Positions 1 to 7,124 of a stretch of 10,754 bases of DNA are shown piece by piece. Origin of the DNA: an uncultured Spirochaetales bacterium (GTDB lineage: Bacteria > Spirochaetota > Spirochaetia > SPDA01 > CAZJBZ01); NCBI GenBank assembly GCA_964543975.1, contig CAZJBZ010000137.1, positions 1-10,754 on the forward strand. The letters are read 5' to 3'. A model generated the notes under the pieces. The model saw only the letters and a list, made by a program, of their open reading frames with translations. It ran no database searches and had not been told where the DNA came from. The position numbers and the translations under genes are program-made. The first letter of the stretch is position 1. Each line of letters opens with the position of its first letter.

Positions 1-85
1 AGAAATTTCAGTCCGGATAAAATGGTGATTTTTGCAAGTGCCTCACTTATATGTGGTAATTGCAGAATTTTAGTAAAGGTGTATT

Positions 86-2794
86 ATGGCAAAGAAAACC
101 CTCCGTTTAGATTTTTTAATTCCTTTTGTGGCGGCTGTCGCTTTCACGGCACTTCATTTCGTCGATTTTTATCAAGCCGGTGAAAACCGAATCTACGATC
201 AATTCCTGCATATTAAACCTGCCATAGAGGAAAATGAATCGATCCTTCTGCTCAATATCGACGATTTAGCAATTGCTAAAGTGGGAATGTTTCCCTGGAG
301 CAGGGCCGTCATGGCGGACGGCCTCCTTTTAATGCGTGAGATGGGCGCGCGGTATGCCGTATTCGATATTGAGTATACCGAAGAAAGCCCTCTCGGTGTA
401 AACAGCGCTCTTCTGAAAGAGGAAATTCCGGAGCTATTCGGCAACGAGTTTTCAGCGATTCGAGAAAACATCAAATCTCTCTTCTCCGCGATCGCCGGGG
501 GAAATATTCCATTGTCCGATGCTCAGGATTATATCCAGGATTTGGCAGGGCTTACCGATGAATCGAAAGAGACGCTCTTGAATAAGGTAAATGAAATTGT
601 CCGGGACAATGACATCTACTTAGGCCAAGCGGCCCGTTTTTTCGGGAACGCCTTTTTCACCGTTAATATGCTCCCCGACGAAGATAAGGACATTCCCGAA
701 GAGTTGAAGGAGTGGGTACACGACAACATAACACTACAGGACGTCAGGGTCGAGAGAGAATATCCGATAACGGCCACCGATATCCGTCCGGCAATCGAAC
801 CGATCATCACCAAAGGGGAGGGGGCGGGATTTCCCAATATCATCATCGACGTTGACGGTGTACGACGGCGGGTCCATCTCCTTATCGAACATGAGGGCCG
901 GTATTTCAGTCAACTCGCGTTTCGTGCCCTTTACCATTGGCTCGGTTCACCGCCGGTAATTATTGAGAAAGAAAGAATGATCTTACAAGGAGCCATTCTC
1001 CCCGACGGAGAAAAAAAAGACGTATCGATTCCTTTCGATGAAAACCATCGGGTCCTTATCAACTGGCCTAAAAAGCAGTTCGACGACAGTTTTTCCTCTC
1101 TCTCCTACTGGTATTTGGTACTGCACCGAAGACAGGAGGAACGGCTTATCGACAACCTTCGGATAATGAACGACGCCGGATTTCTCTCGTTCTATGAAGG
1201 TGATACCGACCTTATGAGCGCGTATGAATACGCCCAAAGCATTGAGCGGGACGTCTTGGATGGCGGAGATACCGAACAGATTGAAGAATACAAGGAGGTA
1301 AGGGAGTTTTTCTTTACCGAAGTGGGAGCGTTCCTGCAAGGAAACGGAGAGAGCTCAATACAAGCCGAATTGGACAGGGCCCTTGCAACCGAAGGCTTGC
1401 CGGAAGAGTATAAAGAGCGTTATCTGCAGATAAAAGAGGATGTAACGGAAACATTTGCCGCCACCGGAGAAATTTCGGAAAATCTTGCGCAAACCCGCGA
1501 GGTGTTAAAGGGGGCGCTGCCGGGCGCGTTCTGCATCATCGGATGGACCGGAACAGCTACGACCGACCGGGGAGTGAATCCTTTCGATGAAACCTACGAC
1601 AATGTCGGGACCCACGCGTCCATCGTCAATACGGTAATCAATACGAAATTTCTCGATATGCTGCCGTGGTGGTACTCGGCCATCGCCGGATTAATCTGTG
1701 CTTTTGCCGTTTATCTTCTTATTCGCGGATTGAATCCGGGACTCTCAATCGTGATCGGGGTAGCGTTCGTCATCCTGATAATCGGCGGCGGAGTGGCCTT
1801 TTTCATCTTCACCGGGAAATACTTTCCCATGATGACTCCGGTCCTCACTGCTTCTTCTACCTTTTTAGTCCTAACGGTGTTCAAGTTTCTATCGACAGCA
1901 AAAGAGCGTACCTATATTAGGAACGCGTTCAGTCACTATCTTTCAACCGACGTTATCAACGAGTTGATGGATGATCCGGATAAGCTTGCCTTGGGCGGAA
2001 CAAAGAAGAACCTCACTGCTATTTTTACCGATGTAAAAGGGTTTTCCACCATTTCCGAGTCGATGGACCCGACCGATTTGGTCCGCCTCCTCAATACCTA
2101 TTTAACCGAAATGAGCAATATCATTCTCGAGATGCGGGGTACAATCGATAAATACGAAGGAGACGCTATTATTTCCTTTTTCGGTGCTCCGATAGAGTTC
2201 GCAGACCATGCCCGCAGGGCCTGCCTGTCGGCAATTCGTATGCGGCGCGTGGAAAAAGAGCTCAACGAACGTGTCCTGGCTGAAAAGATGAGTGAGTACC
2301 CTCTCTATACCAGGATAGGTATCAATACCGGAGAGATGGTCGTCGGGAACATGGGGACCGCCCAGAAAATGGATTACACGATCATGGGAAATTCGGTCAA
2401 CCTTGCGGCACGGTTGGAGGGTGTCAACAAGCAGTACGGCTCATGGACGTTGATGAGTGAAGCGGTGTATGAAGCGGGGGGAAAGGATTTTGTCACAAGG
2501 CAGTTCGACCGGGTCCGCGTAGTCGGTATTAATCAGCCGGTACGGCTTTATGAACTGCTCGAAGAGTGGAATAATTTGAGCAGTGAGGAACGAGAAGCTG
2601 TCGATATTTTCCACCAAGGGTTACAACGATTCGAAGTAAAGGAGTGGGATGCCGCTAAAGCGCTTTTTTCCCAAGTGTTAAAGGTGAAGCAGGAAGACGG
2701 CCCAGCGCAAACCTATATAAAACGGTGCGACGACTTTAAAGTGAAGCCGCCCCCCGAGGACTGGGACGGTGTCTTTAACCTGACGATGAAGTAA
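86..2794 (+). CDS. CHASE2-domain sensor adenylate cyclase (class III; CHASE2 about 190-1657, 3-TM bundle about 1658-1890, cyclase catalytic domain about 2000-2565, helical TPR-like C-terminal tail)
   Basis: The 902-aa ORF has an N-terminal hydrophobic helix (LIPFVAAVAFTALHF), then a long extracytoplasmic region, then three hydrophobic helices (MLPWWYSAIAGLICAFAVYLL... / IVIGVAFVILIIGGGVAFFIF / VLTASSTFLVLTVFKFL). The canonical class III nucleotidyl cyclase core follows: FTDVKGFS (metal Asp), KYEGDAIISFFG (K-x-x-G-D: purine-binding Lys plus second metal Asp), and YTIMGNSVNLAARLEG (Asn/Arg transition-state pair, with Thr at the second specificity position, which is the class IIIb adenylyl pattern). 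RBS-like AAAGGTG sits 4 nt upstream of the ATG at 86. Confidence 0.85.
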   Translation: MAKKTLRLDFLIPFVAAVAFTALHFVDFYQAGENRIYDQFLHIKPAIEENESILLLNIDDLAIAKVGMFPWSRAVMADGLLLMREMGARYAVFDIEYTEESPLGVNSALLKEEIPELFGNEFSAIRENIKSLFSAIAGGNIPLSDAQDYIQDLAGLTDESKETLLNKVNEIVRDNDIYLGQAARFFGNAFFTVNMLPDEDKDIPEELKEWVHDNITLQDVRVEREYPITATDIRPAIEPIITKGEGAGFPNIIIDVDGVRRRVHLLIEHEGRYFSQLAFRALYHWLGSPPVIIEKERMILQGAILPDGEKKDVSIPFDENHRVLINWPKKQFDDSFSSLSYWYLVLHRRQEERLIDNLRIMNDAGFLSFYEGDTDLMSAYEYAQSIERDVLDGGDTEQIEEYKEVREFFFTEVGAFLQGNGESSIQAELDRALATEGLPEEYKERYLQIKEDVTETFAATGEISENLAQTREVLKGALPGAFCIIGWTGTATTDRGVNPFDETYDNVGTHASIVNTVINTKFLDMLPWWYSAIAGLICAFAVYLLIRGLNPGLSIVIGVAFVILIIGGGVAFFIFTGKYFPMMTPVLTASSTFLVLTVFKFLSTAKERTYIRNAFSHYLSTDVINELMDDPDKLALGGTKKNLTAIFTDVKGFSTISESMDPTDLVRLLNTYLTEMSNIILEMRGTIDKYEGDAIISFFGAPIEFADHARRACLSAIRMRRVEKELNERVLAEKMSEYPLYTRIGINTGEMVVGNMGTAQKMDYTIMGNSVNLAARLEGVNKQYGSWTLMSEAVYEAGGKDFVTRQFDRVRVVGINQPVRLYELLEEWNNLSSEEREAVDIFHQGLQRFEVKEWDAAKALFSQVLKVKQEDGPAQTYIKRCDDFKVKPPPEDWDGVFNLTMK

Positions 2795-2796
2795 GC

Positions 2797-3339
2797 ATGG
2801 ACAACAATTGGAACGTTCTCTCGAAAAAGAAAGTGCTCGAAAGCGGTAAATTCCTTTCCGCTTTTCAACACACAATACAACTGCCGGACGGACGGACCAT
2901 CGACGACTGGATTTGGCTTTCGATGCCCGATTATATCAATGTCGTGGTAGTAGACATGTCCGGGCGGTTTATCATGCTTCGGCAGTCTAAATATGGAATA
3001 GAGGGACAATCCTACGCTCCGGTTGGCGGGTTTATCGAGCCGGGGGAAGAACCACTCTCCGCGGCAAAGAGAGAAACGCTGGAAGAGATTGGATACGAAG
3101 CGCCGCAGTGGACCTTTCTCGGAAGCTACCGTGTAGATCCAAACAGAGGCTGCGGGACTGCGTACGCCTATCTTGCGACCGGAGCGGAAAAAACCACCGA
3201 ACCGAACGCCGATGACCTCGAGGCTCAAGAGATTGTTTTTTTGAACCGGGTGGAGGTTGAAGATGCCCTCTATTCCGGTGGTTTTAAAGTACTTCCCTGG
3301 GCCAACAACGTGGCGATGGCCCTTTTATATCTGAAATAA
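2797..3339 (+). CDS. Nudix hydrolase, ADP-ribose/ADP-sugar pyrophosphatase-like
   Basis: Canonical Nudix box G-x5-E-x7-REUxEExGU is read in GFIEPGEEPLSAAKRETLEEIGY. The N-terminal region (W-x-VL-x4-V-x2-G-x-F...LPDGR...NVVVVD) resembles the NudF/ADPRase family N-domain. The ATG at 2797 is only 2 nt after the cyclase TAA (2792-2794), which indicates translational coupling. Confidence 0.8.
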   Translation: MDNNWNVLSKKKVLESGKFLSAFQHTIQLPDGRTIDDWIWLSMPDYINVVVVDMSGRFIMLRQSKYGIEGQSYAPVGGFIEPGEEPLSAAKRETLEEIGYEAPQWTFLGSYRVDPNRGCGTAYAYLATGAEKTTEPNADDLEAQEIVFLNRVEVEDALYSGGFKVLPWANNVAMALLYLK

Positions 3340-3340
3340 C

Positions 3341-3358
3341 TGAGGCAATTGCCACAGC
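3341..3358. repeat. 18-bp near-perfect palindrome CTGAGGCAATTGCCACAG (16/18; perfect 10-bp core GGCAATTGCC at 3345-3354) immediately after the Nudix stop codon
   Basis: Reverse-complement comparison is read directly from the sequence. There is no downstream U-tract, so this is not a canonical intrinsic terminator. Confidence 0.4.
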
Positions 3359-3515
3359 CCCCCTGCGATAGAAGCCCAACCGAGATTCAAAACCCGAAAA
3401 TCACATCAGGATAGATTATTAAATCGGGAAATAGCTTTGATCGAATTACTCTTTTCATAGACTGAGTGGAGTTCTGTTTTTTCCTTTCTTGCTTCAATGA
3501 ACACCCTCTACCAAA

Positions 3516-3592
3516 CTAATAAAAATCGAAAAAAAGGTTGTCAAAATTGTACTAATGTATTAAACTCATATTGTATTATGACATTAGTACAA
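3516..3592 (+). promoter_or_regulatory. Candidate sigma70-type promoter of the GntR operon, with an A-tract UP-like element and a perfect 12-bp inverted-repeat operator pair
   Basis: A-rich tract AATAAAAATCGAAAAAAAGG (3516-3535) precedes TTGTCA (3538-3543, -35-like). After a 17-nt spacer comes TAAACT (3561-3566, -10-like, 4/6). An alternative -10 is TATTAT at 3574-3579. Half-sites TTGTACTAATGT (3547-3558) and ACATTAGTACAA (3581-3592) are exact reverse complements. Together they give GTAC...N...GTAC, the GT-N-AC architecture typical of GntR-family operators. Confidence 0.45.
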
Positions 3593-3595
3593 TAG

Positions 3596-4012
3596 TTGGA
3601 GGATGGCGTGACTGAAAAGGATAATGAAAAAACGCTGGATTTTAGTCTTGATCCCAAAAGCGGTGTCCCTTTTTATAAACAGATCATACTCCAGATAGAG
3701 ATGGCAATTGCGGACGGCAGATTGGTTAGCGGAAATCAGCTGCCGACGGTCAGGGGGTTGGCGGTGGAATTGAAGATCAATCCGAATACGGTAGCCAGAG
3801 CGTACAATGAACTGGAAATCAGAGGTGTCGTAACCACCCAACAGGGTTCCGGCACCTTTATCAGCGACAAAAAAATTGAAATGAACGAGGTAGAAAGAGA
3901 GCGCGTTCTTTCCGAATTGACCCGCTCTTTTGTCACCACCGCCGGTTCGTACGGTTTTACAATCGATGATATTATCGATGCCCTGGAAGAGTATACCAGG
4001 GAAAACAGTTGA
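3596..4012 (+). CDS. GntR-family transcriptional regulator, YtrA-like subfamily (short C-terminal domain)
   Basis: Winged-HTH GntR signature QLPTVRGLAVELKINPNTVARAYNELEIRGVVTTQQGSGTFIS, with only about 50 aa C-terminal to it. The ORF track begins at TTG 3596. A better start may be GTG 3608, preceded by GGAGG (3598-3602) at 5-nt spacing. The stop TGA is at 4010-4012. Confidence 0.85.
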   Translation: MEDGVTEKDNEKTLDFSLDPKSGVPFYKQIILQIEMAIADGRLVSGNQLPTVRGLAVELKINPNTVARAYNELEIRGVVTTQQGSGTFISDKKIEMNEVERERVLSELTRSFVTTAGSYGFTIDDIIDALEEYTRENS

Positions 4013-4023
4013 GGAGGGAAAAT

Positions 4024-5151
4024 ATGGACCTTGTACAGAAAAAAATCAGTCGTATAAAAAACCTGCAGCAGAAAGCGTTGCAGCGGGATTTCAGCTACAA
4101 TGTTTTTTCTTACCTTGTTTTTGGATTATTTCTCACGGTGGGAATTCTGGTGCAACACATTCTCGATCCATCGGTGAGAACCGAAGAAATTGTCTGGATC
4201 GGCGGGGGGGCCATCGCTGTAGGAGTCATTCTCACGTTGGTGCCGCTCTGGATCATCGTTGTTCAATTGATAATCGCTGCATGGATCTGTATGTACTTCT
4301 TTTTTTCGTTCAATTTTTATCCGGTCTTTGTCTGGATTTCTTTAGGTCTTGTGTTCTCGGCCTGTTTCGAACTTATCTATCAATGGGACAAGGTTGTCAT
4401 CTTGCGGTTTGGAAAGTTTAAAAAGGTGCATGACGCGGGACTCTTCCTCTTAGTCCCCTTTGCCGACCGAATTGCCTCGTTTGTCGATACCAGAATCCGG
4501 GCCACCGATTTCAGCGCCGAAAAGACACTGACCAGCGATACGGTGCCGGTGCATGTCGACGGTCTCGCCTTCTGGATGATATGGGACGCAAAGAGGGCCA
4601 TTTTAGAAGTGGAAAATTTCGTGGAAGCCGTCACCCTTTCAGCCCAAACAGCACTGCGGGAATCGATCGGTAATCACGATTTGAATACACTGCTTACCAA
4701 TCGAAGGACCCTCTACAAGGAAATCCAGAGTGTTTTAGATACCAAGACCAATTCCTGGGGCATCACCATTCTCTCGGTGGAGTTCACCGACATCAATATT
4801 CCTCAGGGTCTTGAAGATTCGATGAGTAAGGTGGCCCAGGCCGAACGTGAAAAACAGTCCCGGGTCATCCTGGGTACCGCCGAAGTGGAGATTGCAAAGA
4901 AGTTTGCCGAAGCTTCGGAAAGCTACAAGGACAATGAAACCGCGCTCCACCTTAGGGCGATGAACATGATCTATGAAGGCATTCGGCAGAAAGGATCGAT
5001 GATCATGCTTCCCGCGTCCGCGCTGGATTCGATGAACTTGGGAACAGTAATGGGGACCGCCGCGTTAAAATCGATAGAAAGCGAAGCCAAGGAAGAGCCG
5101 TCGACTGAAACAGAGAGAGATGAAAATGAGAAAGGAGAACAAAAGAAATGA
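4024..5151 (+). CDS. SPFH/band-7 (stomatin/HflK-C/flotillin-like) membrane protein with a polytopic N-terminal region and an acidic C-terminal tail
   Basis: The N-terminal 120 aa hold 3-4 hydrophobic helices (YLVFGLFLTVGILV, IGGGAIAVGVILTLVPLWIIVVQLIIAAWICMYFFF, PVFVWISLGLVFSACF). An SPFH core follows (VVILRFGKFKKV...LFLLVPF...VDTR...TLTSD...LAFWMIWDAKRAILEVENF...ALRESIGNHDLNTLLTNR). The tail is Glu/Lys-rich. The track start at 4009 is a TTG overlapping the GntR stop. ATG 4024 is preferred because GAGGAGGG (4012-4019) lies 4 nt upstream. The stop overlaps the next start (ATGA, 5148-5151). Confidence 0.85.
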   Translation: MDLVQKKISRIKNLQQKALQRDFSYNVFSYLVFGLFLTVGILVQHILDPSVRTEEIVWIGGGAIAVGVILTLVPLWIIVVQLIIAAWICMYFFFSFNFYPVFVWISLGLVFSACFELIYQWDKVVILRFGKFKKVHDAGLFLLVPFADRIASFVDTRIRATDFSAEKTLTSDTVPVHVDGLAFWMIWDAKRAILEVENFVEAVTLSAQTALRESIGNHDLNTLLTNRRTLYKEIQSVLDTKTNSWGITILSVEFTDINIPQGLEDSMSKVAQAEREKQSRVILGTAEVEIAKKFAEASESYKDNETALHLRAMNMIYEGIRQKGSMIMLPASALDSMNLGTVMGTAALKSIESEAKEEPSTETERDENEKGEQKK

Positions 5152-5828
5152 TAAAGGTAGATAGCGTAATCAAAGATTATATCGCGGGGGAAACAACCGT
5201 CCATGCGCTGCGCGGGGTGTCGCTACAGGTTGACGACGGTGAGTTTATCTCGATAGCAGGCCCTTCCGGTTCGGGTAAGACAACCCTTCTCAATATCATC
5301 GGGTGTCTCGATTCGGCCGATGCGGGGAAAGTGTTTATCGACAATGAATTGGTGACCGAGAAAGACAGGCGGGAACTGGCCCTCCTGCGGCGTCGGAAAA
5401 TCGGTTTCGTGTTTCAGTCCTTTAATCTTATTCCCGTACTGACCGCGTATGAGAACGTGTCATTCTCTCTTTCGCTCTTAGGGATCGGGGATGAAGAAGT
5501 TTACGACAGAACGATGGATATGCTTCGAGAGGTGGGTTTGGAGACGATGGCCGATCGGCGACCGGCGGAACTGTCGGGCGGACAACAGCAGCGGGTTGCC
5601 GTGGCGAGGGCCCTGGTAAAGGACCCGCAGATGGTGCTGGCGGACGAACCGACTGCCAATCTCGATTCAAAAACGGGAGAAGACATTCTTGCTTTGATGG
5701 AGGACCTGAACAAGACCCACAACACGACATTTGTCTTCTCTACCCATGATCCCATGGTTATGGATTTTGCCCACCGTTTGGTACAGCTCCATGACGGTCA
5801 TATAACCGATGATAAAAGGAGGAACTGA
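5148..5828 (+). CDS. ABC transporter ATP-binding protein (LolD/MacB-NBD-like)
   Basis: Walker A GPSGSGKTT, Q-loop VFQSFNL, ABC signature LSGGQQQRVAVARAL, Walker B VLADEPTANLD, H-loop FSTHD. At 226 aa it is the typical size of a stand-alone NBD. It is coupled to the upstream gene by a 4-nt ATGA overlap and to the downstream gene by a 1-nt TGATG overlap. RBS AAAGGAG lies upstream. Confidence 0.9.
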   Translation: MIKVDSVIKDYIAGETTVHALRGVSLQVDDGEFISIAGPSGSGKTTLLNIIGCLDSADAGKVFIDNELVTEKDRRELALLRRRKIGFVFQSFNLIPVLTAYENVSFSLSLLGIGDEEVYDRTMDMLREVGLETMADRRPAELSGGQQQRVAVARALVKDPQMVLADEPTANLDSKTGEDILALMEDLNKTHNTTFVFSTHDPMVMDFAHRLVQLHDGHITDDKRRN

Positions 5829-7102
5829 TGAAATTCCTTCTCTCATTGGCATGGAAAAATCTGTTTAGACACAGACGGCGGACGATGATTACCGCGAGTG
5901 CTATAGCGGTTGGGCTGGCAATGTTTATCATGATGGAATCGATGCTTACCGGTATGAGCCGGGAGACGGAGCGGAACCTGGTATGGTACGAAACAGCGGC
6001 AGGCAAGATAATGACGCAACAATTCTGGGAAGAACGGGACCAGATGCCGCTGAAACACGCGATTGAAAATCCTGAACCGATTTATGAAACGCTGCGGGAA
6101 CTCGCTATACCCTTCACTGCCAGGACAGCATTCAGCGGCGAACTGATCGTACAGCAGGACCCCTTTCCCGAGCACGGATCGATGCAGCTGCAGTTCGTCG
6201 CCATCGATCCGGAAACGGACGGCAGAGTATTCAAACTGGAAGAGTCGGTTGCCGCGGGCCGGTTTCTTGGACCGGGAGAAAACGGAATCATGCTTGGAGC
6301 GTGGCTGGCCGGGGATTTGGGCGCGGAACCGGGGTATCCGGTAACAATCGTTACCAGGACCAAAACCGGGTTTTTTCAAACGGTAGACCTCACCGTTGTG
6401 GGAATTCTCAATACACCCAACCCGGTGATCAATCGGTCGATGGCTTTCATAACGAAGGAGACCGCTGATACCTATCTGCAGATGGAAGGGGCTGTCACCG
6501 AAATCGATCTTGGTTTTTCCGATTGGATCGAACCTGACCCTGTTGCCGAAACGATCGATAAAGCCCTGCGTGAAAGTGGGGCCGCTGCCGCAGCGGGCGG
6601 GAACGAATTGACGGTAAAGACGTGGGAAGAACTTGCTCAGGATTTTATCCGGATCGCAAGTGCGAAAGAAGTGGGAAGTAAGCTGATTCTCTTCCTCGTC
6701 TTTGTCATTGCTGCCGTGGGGATATCCAATACAATGCTGATGGCTGTGTTCGAACGTATTCGGGAGTTGGGAATGATGCGGGCGATGGGGATGGAAGACA
6801 GGCATATCCGCTGGAGTTTTCTCATGGAAGCGGGAGGGATCGGTTTATTAGGCGGTACAATCGGTGTCGTTCTCGGAGTGCTCATTAATATTCCTCTTGT
6901 CAATGTCGGTATCGATTTTTCGATGTTTGTCGAATCGATGGATATAGGATATCGGACGACGGGAATTATGCGGGGAATTTGGAATATCCAGACCATTGTG
7001 ACCGCTTTTTTTTCCGGGATTATTATCGCTGTCGTCATTGCGTTTATTCCTACTCGAAAAGCATTGAGGATGGAGATTACCGATTGCTTGCGGCATCAAT
7101 AG
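5828..7102 (+). CDS. ABC transporter permease, FtsX/MacB-fold (LolC/LolE-like), paralog 1
   Basis: N-terminus LSLAWKNLFRHRRRTMITASAIAVGLAMFIM (TM1) is followed by a large extracytoplasmic domain of about 220 aa. The C-terminal FtsX-type three-TM module follows (LILFLVFVIAAVGISNTMLMAVFERIRELGMMRAMGM...). At 424 aa it has the four-TM MacB/LolC-type topology. RBS AAGGAGG lies upstream. Confidence 0.9.
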   Translation: MKFLLSLAWKNLFRHRRRTMITASAIAVGLAMFIMMESMLTGMSRETERNLVWYETAAGKIMTQQFWEERDQMPLKHAIENPEPIYETLRELAIPFTARTAFSGELIVQQDPFPEHGSMQLQFVAIDPETDGRVFKLEESVAAGRFLGPGENGIMLGAWLAGDLGAEPGYPVTIVTRTKTGFFQTVDLTVVGILNTPNPVINRSMAFITKETADTYLQMEGAVTEIDLGFSDWIEPDPVAETIDKALRESGAAAAAGGNELTVKTWEELAQDFIRIASAKEVGSKLILFLVFVIAAVGISNTMLMAVFERIRELGMMRAMGMEDRHIRWSFLMEAGGIGLLGGTIGVVLGVLINIPLVNVGIDFSMFVESMDIGYRTTGIMRGIWNIQTIVTAFFSGIIIAVVIAFIPTRKALRMEITDCLRHQ

Positions 7103-7124
7103 CGGCATCTATAGGAGGCGTTAC

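Noticed and set aside
1-85. Promoter for the cyclase gene (TTGCAA 32-37 with GGTAAT 55-60 at 17-nt spacing, TG at 52-53)
   Set aside because: Matches to the consensus are only 4/6 each. It is plausible but too weak to list as a feature without TSS data.
3451-3481. Possible intrinsic terminator (GACTGAGTGGAGTTCTG followed by TTTTTT) between the Nudix gene and the GntR operon
   Set aside because: The T-tract is real, but I could only form a stem of 3-4 bp upstream of it. The hairpin is too weak to call a rho-independent terminator with confidence.
3497-3595. 32-codon ORF (MNTLYQTNKNRKKGCQNCTNVLNSYCIMTLVQ*) spanning the promoter and operator of the GntR operon, with a CxxC-like motif
   Set aside because: It has no Shine-Dalgarno sequence upstream. 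It overlaps the predicted -35/-10 elements and operator arms, which would place it upstream of the transcription start. It is most likely a chance ORF in AT-rich DNA.
5843-6805. 320-aa antisense ORF (minus strand) inside the first FtsX permease gene
   Set aside because: It lies entirely within a well-supported + strand gene. Its translation is His/Arg/Pro/Cys-rich, low-complexity and has no recognisable motifs. It is typical of a spurious reverse-frame ORF in moderately GC-rich coding DNA. The other antisense or off-frame ORFs (199-474, 616-937, 983-1339, 2713-3228, 3930-4421, 6637-7108, 7511-8165, 7886-8371, 8214-8656, 10079-10501, etc.) are judged the same way.
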